Under the pieces are notes generated by a model, which saw only the letters and a list, made by a program, of their open reading frames with translations, had not been told where the DNA came from and searched no databases. Shown one piece after another: positions 53,177 to 63,998 of a DNA stretch of 64,000 nucleotides. How positions within the stretch are numbered: position 1 is the first letter of the stretch; the number at the start of each line of letters is the position of its first letter. The position numbers and the translations under genes are program-made. This DNA is from Candidatus Niyogibacteria bacterium (GTDB taxonomy: Bacteria; Patescibacteriota; Minisyncoccia; HO2-45-28): NCBI GenBank assembly GCA_016181935.1, contig JACOYI010000003.1, forward strand, positions 35,741 through 99,740. Direction: 5' to 3'.

Positions 53177-54886
53177 ATGGACACCGCTTTCGTTGACCGC
53201 TTGGTGGAACGAGGGCTCATCACCGAGCGCGATGCGCTCGGCGTGAAGCGTGAAGCGGCGGACGACGCCGCGTTTGAGCGGTTGCTTCTTGCGCGCGGCG
53301 TTTCCGAGTCGGACGTGCTCGGCGTCAAGAGCGAATTTTACGGCGTTCCGGCATTTGAATTGCAGGGTTCGAAAGTGAACGCCGAAGTATTGAAAAATAT
53401 TCCCGAGGAATCCGCGCGCCACTACCGATTTATACCGCTCGGCATCCGGGACGGCGTATTGGAATTGGGGATGGCGGATCCGTCGAACATCGAAGCACGG
53501 GAAGCGATCAAATTCATTGCGGCCAAAAACAATATCCCGTACAAAATTTACGTCATTTCGGCGTCGGACTTAAACGCCGTCCTTGAGGAATACAAAAGTT
53601 TGGGGGGCGAGGTGACAAAAGTTCTTTCCGAATTCGAGCTCGCGGTTTCCGGAGAAAAACTCACGATCCCGACGCTCGAAGCGGCCGAAAATGTGCTAGT
53701 GGAGGAAGCGCCCGTGACCAAAATGGTGGCGGTCATTATTCGCCACGCGACCGAAGGCAAGGCGTCGGATATCCACATTGAGCCGTCGCGCGATAAATTA
53801 CGCGTCCGGTTCCGGGTGGACGGGGTGCTCTACACCAGTTTGATTTTGCCGATGGCGATCCACGAATCGCTCGTATCGCGGATCAAGATCATGACGAAAC
53901 TGCTTTTGGATGAAAAACGAAAGCCGCAGGACGGCCGGTTCAGCGCGCAGGTGGACCAGCGCCAGATCGATTTTCGCGTCTCCACGTTTCCGACCGCATT
54001 CGGCGAAAAAGTCGCGGTCCGCATTTTGGATCCGGAAACCGCCATTTTATCGCTTCCGGAACTGGGATTGGAAGGGGAGAATCTCTCGGCTGTTGAGGAG
54101 GCGCTCGCGCGTCCCTACGGCATGATCTTGGTCACGGGTCCTACGGGGTCCGGAAAGACGACGACGCTTTATGCGATGCTCCAAACATTGAACCGCGAGC
54201 GCTACAATATCGTGAGTTTGGAGGACCCGATCGAATATAATATTGAGGGCGTCAATCAATCGCAGGTGCGCCCCGAGATCGGCTACACATTCGCGAACGG
54301 CCTTCGTTCCATCTTGCGTCAGGACCCTGATATAATGCTGGTAGGCGAGATCCGCGACAAGGAAACGGCGGAACTCGCGATCCATTCGGCGCTCACCGGA
54401 CATCTGGTTCTCTCAACGCTCCATACGAATGACGCGATCGGGGCCGTTACGCGATTGATGGATATGGGGGTGGAGCCGTTTTTATTGGCGCCGACGCTCG
54501 CTTGCGTCATTGGCCAGCGGCTCGTGCAAACGTTATGCGCCGAATCGCGCGAGCCCATGAAAGTGGAGGGGACGCTCGAAGAGCGCCTGGAAGCCGAGCT
54601 CGCGGATATTCCTGCGCTCATGCGCAAAAAGATCGAATTGCCGAAAGATGTGTATGAGGCGTTGCCGTCCGCTGTGTGCCCCAAGGGTACGCGGGGGCGC
54701 CTCGGCGTATTTGAAGTGCTATCCACGACAAAAGAATTCGAGCGCGTTATTTTGCGGGAGCCGACCCAAGAGGCCATTCAAGCGGAGTTTCGCCGGCAAG
54801 GGCGCCTGACCATGCGGGAAGACGGGATCATGAAAGTACTCGACGGCCGGGTCGGGCTTGAGCAATTGGTGCAGATCACATTGTAA
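53177..54886 (+). CDS. pilB: type IV pilus assembly ATPase PilB/GspE
   Basis: Walker A VTGPTGSGKTTTLYA. GspII N-terminal domain. Asp box and His box. Confidence 0.9.
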   Translation: MDTAFVDRLVERGLITERDALGVKREAADDAAFERLLLARGVSESDVLGVKSEFYGVPAFELQGSKVNAEVLKNIPEESARHYRFIPLGIRDGVLELGMADPSNIEAREAIKFIAAKNNIPYKIYVISASDLNAVLEEYKSLGGEVTKVLSEFELAVSGEKLTIPTLEAAENVLVEEAPVTKMVAVIIRHATEGKASDIHIEPSRDKLRVRFRVDGVLYTSLILPMAIHESLVSRIKIMTKLLLDEKRKPQDGRFSAQVDQRQIDFRVSTFPTAFGEKVAVRILDPETAILSLPELGLEGENLSAVEEALARPYGMILVTGPTGSGKTTTLYAMLQTLNRERYNIVSLEDPIEYNIEGVNQSQVRPEIGYTFANGLRSILRQDPDIMLVGEIRDKETAELAIHSALTGHLVLSTLHTNDAIGAVTRLMDMGVEPFLLAPTLACVIGQRLVQTLCAESREPMKVEGTLEERLEAELADIPALMRKKIELPKDVYEALPSAVCPKGTRGRLGVFEVLSTTKEFERVILREPTQEAIQAEFRRQGRLTMREDGIMKVLDGRVGLEQLVQITL

Positions 54887-54908
54887 CGGAGATAAAAACA
54901 AATCACCT

Positions 54909-55289
54909 ATGGCGAACGGAAAAAAGGTTTTGATCATTGACGACGACGAATTTTTACTGGACATGTACGCGGTCAAATTCCGCGAATCGGGTTTTGATGT
55001 TCAGGTGGCCTCATCCGGCGGCGATGCGGAGGCCGCGATAAAAAACGGTTTCTCGCCTGACGTGATCCTCTTGGATCTTGTGATGCCGGGCATGGACGGT
55101 TTTGATTTTTTGAAATCCATAAAGACCTTGAGACCCGCATTGCATGCCAAGGTCGTCATTCTTACGAATTTAGGGCAGAAAGAGGATATCGATAAAGGAT
55201 TAAAACTCGGCGCCGCCGATTACATCGTAAAAGCGCATCATACGCCGTCGGAGGTGGTCAATAAAGTCAGCGCGATGCTCTCGACATGA
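54909..55289 (+). CDS. single-domain response regulator (CheY/PilH-like receiver)
   Basis: KVLIIDDDE. Phospho-acceptor Asp in ILLDLVMPGMDG. Conserved Lys in YIVKA. Confidence 0.75.
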   Translation: MANGKKVLIIDDDEFLLDMYAVKFRESGFDVQVASSGGDAEAAIKNGFSPDVILLDLVMPGMDGFDFLKSIKTLRPALHAKVVILTNLGQKEDIDKGLKLGAADYIVKAHHTPSEVVNKVSAMLST

Positions 55290-56350
55290 ACGACCACAAA
55301 ACAAAACTCGACGCGCTCGCGATCCAGACCGCGTCTCAAGGCGCATCGGATTTGCATCTGTCCGTAGGCCGTCATCCGGCGCTCCGGATTGCGGGCGTTC
55401 TTTCGCCGCTTTCCTCGGAGCCGTTATTGACGCGCGAGGATACGGAAGGGATGGTGTTTTCCATTTTGACCGACGATCAAAAGGCGCGCCTTGCGCGGGA
55501 TCGGACCGTTGATTTTTCGTATGCGGTGGAAGACCGCGCCCGTTTCAGGGTCAACGCATTTTTTGAGCGCGGATTTGTTTCCGTGGCGTTCCGGCTGATC
55601 CCCGTCAAAATCCCGACGCTTGACGAGTTGAATCTGCCCCCGATCCTTGCGGATTTCGCCCGCCGCCCCCAGGGATTTTTTCTGGTGGTCGGCCCTACGG
55701 GACACGGAAAATCCACGACGCTTGCGTCCATGGTGGACGTCATCAATCACGAGCGTGCGGAGCATATTTTAACGATCGAGGATCCGATCGAATATATTTT
55801 TTCGGACGATAAATCCATTATCAATCAGCGCGAAGTGGGCACCGATGCCGCTGATTTTCCGTCGGCGCTCCGCTCGTTGTTCCGGGAGGACGTGAACGTC
55901 GCGATGATCGGGGAGATGCGCGATTCCGAAACGATCTCGACGGCCGTCACGGCGGCCGAAACCGGCCACCTGATCCTGTCGTCGCTTCACACCAACAGCG
56001 CCTCTCAAACGGTCCACCGCATCATTGATGCATTTCCGTCGGACCAGCAAACCCAGATCCGTTCCCAGCTGTCGAGCACGCTTCTCGGCGTTTTTTCACA
56101 GCGGTTATTGCCGAGGATCTCGGGCGGACGGGTCCCTGCGTATGAGATGCTTATTGCGAACACGGCCGTGCGCAACCTCATTCGGGAAAATAAAGTCCAT
56201 GAGATCGATCTGTTCATTGAGACGAGCTCCTCGGAAGGCATGATGAGTTTGAATCAATCGTTGGTCGAACTGGTGCGCAAGGGAGAGATCACGCTCGAGG
56301 CCGCGCGCGATTATTCATTGAATGTGAAGGGACTCGAACATCTATTATAA
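55286..56350 (+). CDS. pilT: twitching motility ATPase PilT
   Basis: Walker A VVGPTGHGKSTTLAS. AIRNLIRE motif. Confidence 0.9.
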   Translation: MNDHKTKLDALAIQTASQGASDLHLSVGRHPALRIAGVLSPLSSEPLLTREDTEGMVFSILTDDQKARLARDRTVDFSYAVEDRARFRVNAFFERGFVSVAFRLIPVKIPTLDELNLPPILADFARRPQGFFLVVGPTGHGKSTTLASMVDVINHERAEHILTIEDPIEYIFSDDKSIINQREVGTDAADFPSALRSLFREDVNVAMIGEMRDSETISTAVTAAETGHLILSSLHTNSASQTVHRIIDAFPSDQQTQIRSQLSSTLLGVFSQRLLPRISGGRVPAYEMLIANTAVRNLIRENKVHEIDLFIETSSSEGMMSLNQSLVELVRKGEITLEAARDYSLNVKGLEHLL

Positions 56351-56440
56351 TGAATCCTATGCATGCAAGTTTTGCCGATAGCGATTCTCGACACGCGGGA
56401 CTGCCCCTGCGAGGCATTCCCGCTCTGTCCTCGGCTCGCT

Positions 56441-56485
56441 CGTTTCGCTTAAACGCTACGCGTGATTATAAGCGAAACGCCGTGC
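56441..56485 (+). other. perfect 10-bp hairpin GTTTCGCTTA/TAAGCGAAAC with 15-nt loop in the pilT-pilC intergenic region
   Basis: The spacer is 188 bp long, much longer than other intergenic gaps in the operon. Confidence 0.4.
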
Positions 56486-56537
56486 CCGCTCGCCTGCGGA
56501 CGGTCTCGAATTCACTATCGGCAAATCTTGCGTAAAT

Positions 56538-57746
56538 ATGCTTTTCTACTACAAAGCCAAAACGCGCGAAGGGGAGGATAAATCCGGCTCGATCGAGGCG
56601 GCTACACAGGATTTAGCCGTTGCCGCGCTTCAACGACGGGAATTGATCATCGTGTCGCTCGAGGCGGCCGAAGAGCGCGGTTCGTGGCTTTGGCGCAATT
56701 TAGCCGCATTCGAGCGCGTCAAGGATCGCGACATTGTCATTCTTTCGCGCCAAATGGCAACGCTCTTTGGCGCAAAGGTGGCCGTGGTGGACGCGCTCCG
56801 GATCTTGGTGACCGAAACCACCAACGAACAGATACGCAAGGGGCTTACGGCGGTCGCGGATGATATTCAGGGCGGACTTCCCATTTCGCAGGCCATGGCC
56901 CGACAGCCCAAGATTTTCACCCCGTTTTATACGCAAATGGTGCGTTCGGGCGAGGAATCCGGAAAACTGGAGGACGTACTAAATTATCTGGCCGACTATT
57001 TGGAGCGTTCCTACGATCTTATCTCCAAAGCGCGCAATGCCCTGATCTATCCGTCCTTTGTGGTCGTGACGTTCGCGGTCGTGATCAGCATTATGCTGGT
57101 GGTGGTCGTTCCCCGCCTGTCCTCGATCCTTATTGAATCCGGCCAAGCCGTTCCTTTGTATACCCGCATCATCATCGGGTTATCCGATTTTTTGCGCGTA
57201 TTCGGTATTTTCATTATTTTGGGACTCGTGATCGCGGGCATTGTGGTGTGGCGGTATCGCGAAACTGCGCGGGGCCGTCGGGCGACCGCGCGGTTCCAGC
57301 TGAGCATCCCGATCGTGCGCGACCTGTATCGTCAGCTGTATCTCGCGCGGTTTGCCGATAATTTGCAAACGCTCTTATCGGGCGGCGTGCCGGTGGCGCG
57401 CTCGCTCGAAGTGGCGTCCGATGTGGTGGGGAATGAAGTTTATGCGTCCATTCTTCGCGAAACGCGCGATGCGGTCAGCGCCGGCTCCTCGATCTCCGAT
57501 GCGCTTGCGCGCTACGAGGATGTTCCGCCGCTCGTGTCCCAGATGATCAAGATCGGCGAGGAAACCGGAAAACTAGTGCCGATCCTGGAAACGCTTGCCA
57601 AGTTTTATAACCGCGAAGTCAACAACACGCTTGAGCGCATCGTCAGCTTGATCGAGCCAGCCCTGATCGTGGGCCTTGGCCTCGGTGTCGGCATCATCGT
57701 TGCCGCTATTTTGGTTCCGATCTACAACCTGTCTATTGGGATTTAA
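56538..57746 (+). CDS. pilC: type IV pilus inner-membrane platform protein PilC/GspF
   Basis: Two GspF repeats and three TM segments. Confidence 0.85.
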   Translation: MLFYYKAKTREGEDKSGSIEAATQDLAVAALQRRELIIVSLEAAEERGSWLWRNLAAFERVKDRDIVILSRQMATLFGAKVAVVDALRILVTETTNEQIRKGLTAVADDIQGGLPISQAMARQPKIFTPFYTQMVRSGEESGKLEDVLNYLADYLERSYDLISKARNALIYPSFVVVTFAVVISIMLVVVVPRLSSILIESGQAVPLYTRIIIGLSDFLRVFGIFIILGLVIAGIVVWRYRETARGRRATARFQLSIPIVRDLYRQLYLARFADNLQTLLSGGVPVARSLEVASDVVGNEVYASILRETRDAVSAGSSISDALARYEDVPPLVSQMIKIGEETGKLVPILETLAKFYNREVNNTLERIVSLIEPALIVGLGLGVGIIVAAILVPIYNLSIGI

Positions 57747-57750
57747 GAGT

Positions 57751-57829
57751 AGCCCCAAGGGTAGTCCTTTTCTGATTCCTAAGGACTACCCTTGGGGCTA
57801 TTTTCTGATTCCTAAGGACTACCCTTAAG
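57751..57829. repeat. REP-like palindromic element, copy 4, plus a tandem partial fifth copy
   Basis: AGCCCCAAGGGTAGTCC-TTTTCTGATTCCTA-AGGACTACCCTTGGGGCT followed by a loop-plus-right-arm repeat. Confidence 0.8.
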
Positions 57830-57925
57830 TTATCCACAACGGCAATTATTTTACCGTCCCAAGTCGTCTATAATGGATGTATCAATGTTTTGGGATTATT
57901 TTAACAATTAACTAAACAGCTTTTT

Positions 57926-58441
57926 ATGCTACAAGCTACAAGCTACAAGCTACAAGCTCGCAAGGGGCTGCAAGCCCGCAAAGGTTTTACGTTGATCGAG
58001 CTTTTGGTGGTGATCGCCATTATCGGTGTATTGGCGTCGGTCGTATTGGCATCGCTCAATACCGCGCGCACCAAGTCGCGCGACGCACGCCGCATCGCGG
58101 ATATTAAACAGCTTCAATTGGCGCTCGAGCTTTCTTTTGATTCGGTCGCTACTTATCCGGCTACTTTAGCGGAGCTTGCTCCAACGTATATTCCGGTGGT
58201 TCCGCTCGATCCCCTTCTCGCTTCCTATAATTACGAGCGGTGTTCGGCTACGGTGTATCATATCGGCGCTGCGCTTGAAGAACCCACGAATCCTGCGCTT
58301 GACTCGGATTCTCGAGGCAACGACACAGACGTAAATATAACGCTTCCTAACGGTTGTACTACATGGGGTACTGACAGTGCTGTTTGTTACACTCCAACAA
58401 CGGGAGGTCAGGGATCTCATTGCTACGACGTTTTGCCGTAA
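57926..58441 (+). CDS. pilA: type IV major pilin (PilA-like) with an unusually long 20-aa leader that contains a heptanucleotide repeat
   Basis: KG-FTLIELLVVIAIIGVLA prepilin cleavage and N-methylation motif. C-terminal Cys pair. Confidence 0.8.
   Translation: MLQATSYKLQARKGLQARKGFTLIELLVVIAIIGVLASVVLASLNTARTKSRDARRIADIKQLQLALELSFDSVATYPATLAELAPTYIPVVPLDPLLASYNYERCSATVYHIGAALEEPTNPALDSDSRGNDTDVNITLPNGCTTWGTDSAVCYTPTTGGQGSHCYDVLP
57929..57956 (+). repeat. (CTACAAG)x4 tandem heptanucleotide repeat inside the pilin leader coding sequence
   Basis: Four perfect units start 1 nt after the ATG and are followed by a degenerate unit CTCGCAAG. Confidence 0.9.
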
Positions 58442-58456
58442 CGCGTTGATATTGGC

Positions 58457-59242
58457 GTGGGGTCTTTCGTTTTTCTTCTCGGTTTGATTCTTGGCAGTTT
58501 TGCGAATGTCGTCGTAATGCGCTTGAATACCGGCGAGTCCCTGATCTACGGGGGCTCGCGGTGTTTTTCGTGCTCGCGGCGGCTTCGGTGGTTTGAACTG
58601 ATTCCCGTTGTTTCCTATTTCGCATTTCGCGGCAAATGCCGTTCCTGCGGCGCCGGCATTTCCCTGCAATATCCGTTGGTTGAACTTGCGAGCGGCCTCC
58701 TATTTTTATTTATTTATCTCAAAAGCACCCAAAGTCCGCCAACTGGCGGATTTGAGTGGATAACGTTTGCGCTCACAATAAGTTTCTTTTGGCTTTTATT
58801 GACGCTTTCGGTCTATGACATCCGGCATCAGATCCTGCCGGATATGCTGGTGGGAGCCGCGGCGGCGGCCGCCATCGTGTTTGTGACGGCCCAAAGCATC
58901 CAAAACCCTTCTCTTATCCTTGTGCACGGCTTTGCGGGAGCGGCCCTATTTTTGTTTTTTGGGGCACTTTGGTTTTTTTCGCAGGGACGCTGGATGGGGC
59001 TGGGGGACGCGAAATTAGCGTTTGCCGTCGGCCTTTTTTTGGGGCCGGTTCCCGCGCTCGTCGCCCTTTTTCTGTCGTTTTGGACGGGCGCCGCCGTTGG
59101 TATCGCCTGGGTGCTTCTAAACCGCATCCGGACGCTTAAAATCCCCATTCCTTTCGGTCCTTTTTTGGCGGCGGGTGCCTTTGTCGCCTATCTTTGGGGC
59201 GATATTCTTATCGAGCAGTACCTTCGATTGGTGATATACTGA
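58457..59242 (+). CDS. pilD: prepilin peptidase (A24 family) PilD
   Basis: Cys4 motif (CFSCSRRL...CRSCG) and catalytic Asp residues in TM regions. Confidence 0.85.
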   Translation: MGSFVFLLGLILGSFANVVVMRLNTGESLIYGGSRCFSCSRRLRWFELIPVVSYFAFRGKCRSCGAGISLQYPLVELASGLLFLFIYLKSTQSPPTGGFEWITFALTISFFWLLLTLSVYDIRHQILPDMLVGAAAAAAIVFVTAQSIQNPSLILVHGFAGAALFLFFGALWFFSQGRWMGLGDAKLAFAVGLFLGPVPALVALFLSFWTGAAVGIAWVLLNRIRTLKIPIPFGPFLAAGAFVAYLWGDILIEQYLRLVIY

Positions 59243-59246
59243 AATA

Positions 59247-59942
59247 ATGAATCGAGGGTTTATCCAGCACTACAACGTCGAAATTTTCCGGCGCCTAAAG
59301 CGTATTCGACATTGTAGTGCTGGGTTTACGCTCCTCGAAATGGCGGTGACGGTTGGCGTTGCCGCGATGATCTCGAGTTTGATCCTTGCGAATTTTCCGC
59401 AATTTTCAAGGCGGCTTGAAATGTCGAGAACGGCGCAGGCCGTGGCGCTTTCGTTCCGCGAGGCGGAAGCCGCCGCGCTCGGTGTGCGAGAGTTCACGTT
59501 CAGCGGAGTCGGTTTTTTCCCCGCCTATGGTTTGCATTTTGAAAAACCATCGGCAATAAATGGCGATGGCCGGCAATTTTTTCTTTTCGCGGACCTTGAC
59601 GAGGATCGGCTTTATGATGGAACGAAGGATGATAATTTTGACGGCGAGCCCGATGAGCGCGCGGATATTTTTACGATCAGCGGCGCGCCAAAGATCGTCG
59701 ATCTCTGTTCCGGCAGAAAATCCCGCAGCAGTTCCGCCGGTTGCAGGCTTGACAGCTTGGATATCACGTTCGTCCGTCCCAATCCGGATGTGAAGATCAA
59801 ACGGAACAACGATCCGTTATCCGATTTTTCCGATGCGGAGATCGTCGTCCGGATTCCGACCGGAGAATGCCGCCGCATTACCATTTGGTCGACGGGACAA
59901 TTATCCATTGAGCCGATCGAAATACCATGCCAATTGGAATAA
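59247..59942 (+). CDS. minor pilin/pseudopilin with long leader (…RHCSAG-FTLLEM)
   Basis: Prepilin N-terminal motif. The leader coding region carries a 20-bp inverted repeat at 59265 to 59325. Confidence 0.65.
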   Translation: MNRGFIQHYNVEIFRRLKRIRHCSAGFTLLEMAVTVGVAAMISSLILANFPQFSRRLEMSRTAQAVALSFREAEAAALGVREFTFSGVGFFPAYGLHFEKPSAINGDGRQFFLFADLDEDRLYDGTKDDNFDGEPDERADIFTISGAPKIVDLCSGRKSRSSSAGCRLDSLDITFVRPNPDVKIKRNNDPLSDFSDAEIVVRIPTGECRRITIWSTGQLSIEPIEIPCQLE

Positions 59943-60496
59943 AAAAAGGGTTCTCGCTTCTTGAGACCATTATTGCGATCGCGATTTTGACTCTCGCGAT
60001 GACCGCGGTCTTCACGCTCGTGTCCCGCGGTATACGCTCGATCTCATTGGCGTCCAATGAAATGACCGCATATTTTTTGGCGTCAGAAGCGCTTGAATTC
60101 ATTCGAAATACGCGGGACGGTAATTTGTTGGCGGATGATCCTCCGCGCGATGCATTCGATCCCGATATCTTTGCGGTATGCGAAACGTTCGAGGGCTGCG
60201 TGATCGACGTACACGCGAAAAATAACGACGGTTCTATCGAGTATTGTTCCGGCGGCATTTGCCCGCCGATCCGATTCAATCGCGAAAGCGGTATCTATAA
60301 TCATGATCCGCCGACCAGCGCCAATGAAAATACGATTTTTACGCGCCAGCTCCATATGACGTGCCGGCTACCCTGCGCAGAAACCGATCCGCAGGAGTTC
60401 GAAGTCCGTGTGGTCGTCACATGGCAGCAGCTGGATGCGCCGCGGACGCTTCGGTCATTCGCGCTTTCCGTTGGTTTATTCGATACCGCCTTTTAA
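59927..60496 (+). CDS. minor pilin/pseudopilin (MPIGIKKG-FSLLET)
   Basis: Canonical short leader and hydrophobic N-terminal helix. Confidence 0.7.
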   Translation: MPIGIKKGFSLLETIIAIAILTLAMTAVFTLVSRGIRSISLASNEMTAYFLASEALEFIRNTRDGNLLADDPPRDAFDPDIFAVCETFEGCVIDVHAKNNDGSIEYCSGGICPPIRFNRESGIYNHDPPTSANENTIFTRQLHMTCRLPCAETDPQEFEVRVVVTWQQLDAPRTLRSFALSVGLFDTAF

Positions 60497-60497
60497 T

Positions 60498-61094
60498 ATG
60501 AGAATGCATACCGCCGGATTCACCCAGCACTACAGCGTCGAAATATTTCGGTGCGCGAAGCGCATTCGACATTGTAGTGCTGGGTTCACGCTTCTTGAAA
60601 TGATCGCCGCGCTCGGCGTCTTCAGCGTCATCATCATTATTTTTTCCTCCACGTTTTTGAATCTGCTCAATGCCGAGCGCAAGGCGCAGATCGCCTCGAG
60701 CGTGCAGGATAATCTGCGTTTTGCTATCGAGGTGATGTCAAAGGAGATCCGGACGGGAACCCAATATCAAGTTCCGCCTCAGCCGACGAATACCGCAATA
60801 ACCTTCGTGAACGCGAATGATGAATCGATTACCTATCGCGTGAGCGGTCCGGATATTGCGAATAATCCATGCAGCGATGAGAAGCCCTGTATCGTTAAAA
60901 GCGTGAACGGTGGCGATTTTTTGCCGCTCACCTCCGATCAGATCGCAATCGATGACCTGTTGTTTTTTGTGGGCGGAATTCAGCCGCGCATTCAGATCAT
61001 CATTCGCGCGCGCGCAACCGTTCAAAATGTCGAAACGCAATTGAATCTTCAGACGACCGTTTCCCAGCGCAACATAGTGCGGCCAACACCATGA
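60498..61094 (+). CDS. minor pilin/pseudopilin with long leader (…RHCSAG-FTLLEM), paralogous 5' module
   Basis: The same ~85-nt 5' module as the 59247 gene, with an inverted repeat at 60523 to 60584. Confidence 0.65.
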   Translation: MRMHTAGFTQHYSVEIFRCAKRIRHCSAGFTLLEMIAALGVFSVIIIIFSSTFLNLLNAERKAQIASSVQDNLRFAIEVMSKEIRTGTQYQVPPQPTNTAITFVNANDESITYRVSGPDIANNPCSDEKPCIVKSVNGGDFLPLTSDQIAIDDLLFFVGGIQPRIQIIIRARATVQNVETQLNLQTTVSQRNIVRPTP

Positions 61095-61513
61095 AAGGTT
61101 TTACATTATTAATGACGCTTCTCTATATCACGGCCGCGCTCTCGATCGGCATCGGGGTTGCGCTTTTAGTTGCGGGAGAGGTGGGGCTTTCGGGTACCGG
61201 CCGCGATTCGCAATTTGCGTTTTACGCCGCGGATTTCGGCGCCGAATGCGCGCTCTATTGGGACTTGAAGCATCATAGGTTCGAGATTCCGACAGAAGAA
61301 AACGGTCTTCCGGATCAATTTACGATTCAATGCGGCGGCGCGGGTTTGAATGTATCATTCGTATCCCCGAATAAATTCATATTCGCTTCGCTTAATCCGC
61401 GTTTCGATGTAACATTTGAACGGCTGGACGGGGGCGGCGGGCAGATCACCGCGCGCGGATATGCGGGGCAGGCGGGCCGCCGCGTCGAGCGCGGGCTTCG
61501 AGTAGAGTATTAG
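61091..61513 (+). CDS. minor pilin-like protein (MKG-FTLLMTLLY)
   Basis: Short leader and hydrophobic N-terminus. Confidence 0.55.
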   Translation: MKGFTLLMTLLYITAALSIGIGVALLVAGEVGLSGTGRDSQFAFYAADFGAECALYWDLKHHRFEIPTEENGLPDQFTIQCGGAGLNVSFVSPNKFIFASLNPRFDVTFERLDGGGGQITARGYAGQAGRRVERGLRVEY

Positions 61514-63541
<2,028 letters not shown>

Positions 63542-63557
63542 CCATGAACCGGAAAAT

Positions 63558-63695
63558 CCTTTTCGGAGGCCCCGCAGGCGCTTTGCAAGGTGTTTTTTGG
63601 CTACAATTGCGCGAAGCGAGCCAAAAAACAAAGCGCCGAGGACGGAGCATGAGCGTCGCCGGACGCTCATGCGTACTCCGAAAAGGATTTTTAAG
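63558..63695 (+). repeat. ~135-nt structured repeat element, copy B (upstream of gatC)
   Basis: P1 TCGGAG/CTCCGA, P2 TTTTTTGG/CCAAAAAA with a different loop, P3 GCATGAGCG/CGCTCATGC. Same conserved linkers as copy A. Confidence 0.7.
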
Positions 63696-63713
63696 GTTCA
63701 TGGCATCATTCTT

Positions 63714-63998
63714 ATGATCACACGCGAAGATGTAAAAAAAATGGCCGACCTCGCGCGCATTGAATTGGATGCGAGCGAGGGCGCCGCGCTCGCAGGCGAT
63801 CTCGAGCGGATTTTGGATTACATTGAAAAATTGAAAGAAGTGAACACAAAGGGCGTGGAGGGTGCGGCGACGACCGCGCTCGTCAATGAATTCCGACTCG
63901 ATGCCGCGCGGTCATTCGAAAACAGTGCGGCGCTCTTGGATGCCGCTCCGCATACGGAGCATGGGCTTGTATCGGTCAAAAAAATCATCGAAAAATGA
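63714..63998 (+). CDS. gatC: Asp-tRNA(Asn)/Glu-tRNA(Gln) amidotransferase subunit C
   Basis: MITREDVKKMADLARIELDASE...LERILDYIEKL is a typical GatC. The ORF-track N-terminal extension reads through the repeat element. Confidence 0.8.
   Translation: MITREDVKKMADLARIELDASEGAALAGDLERILDYIEKLKEVNTKGVEGAATTALVNEFRLDAARSFENSAALLDAAPHTEHGLVSVKKIIEK

Noticed and set aside
56350-56535. 61-aa ORF in the pilT-pilC spacer
   Set aside because: No RBS, Arg/Ser-rich, and overlaps the structured hairpin region. More likely a non-coding regulatory spacer.
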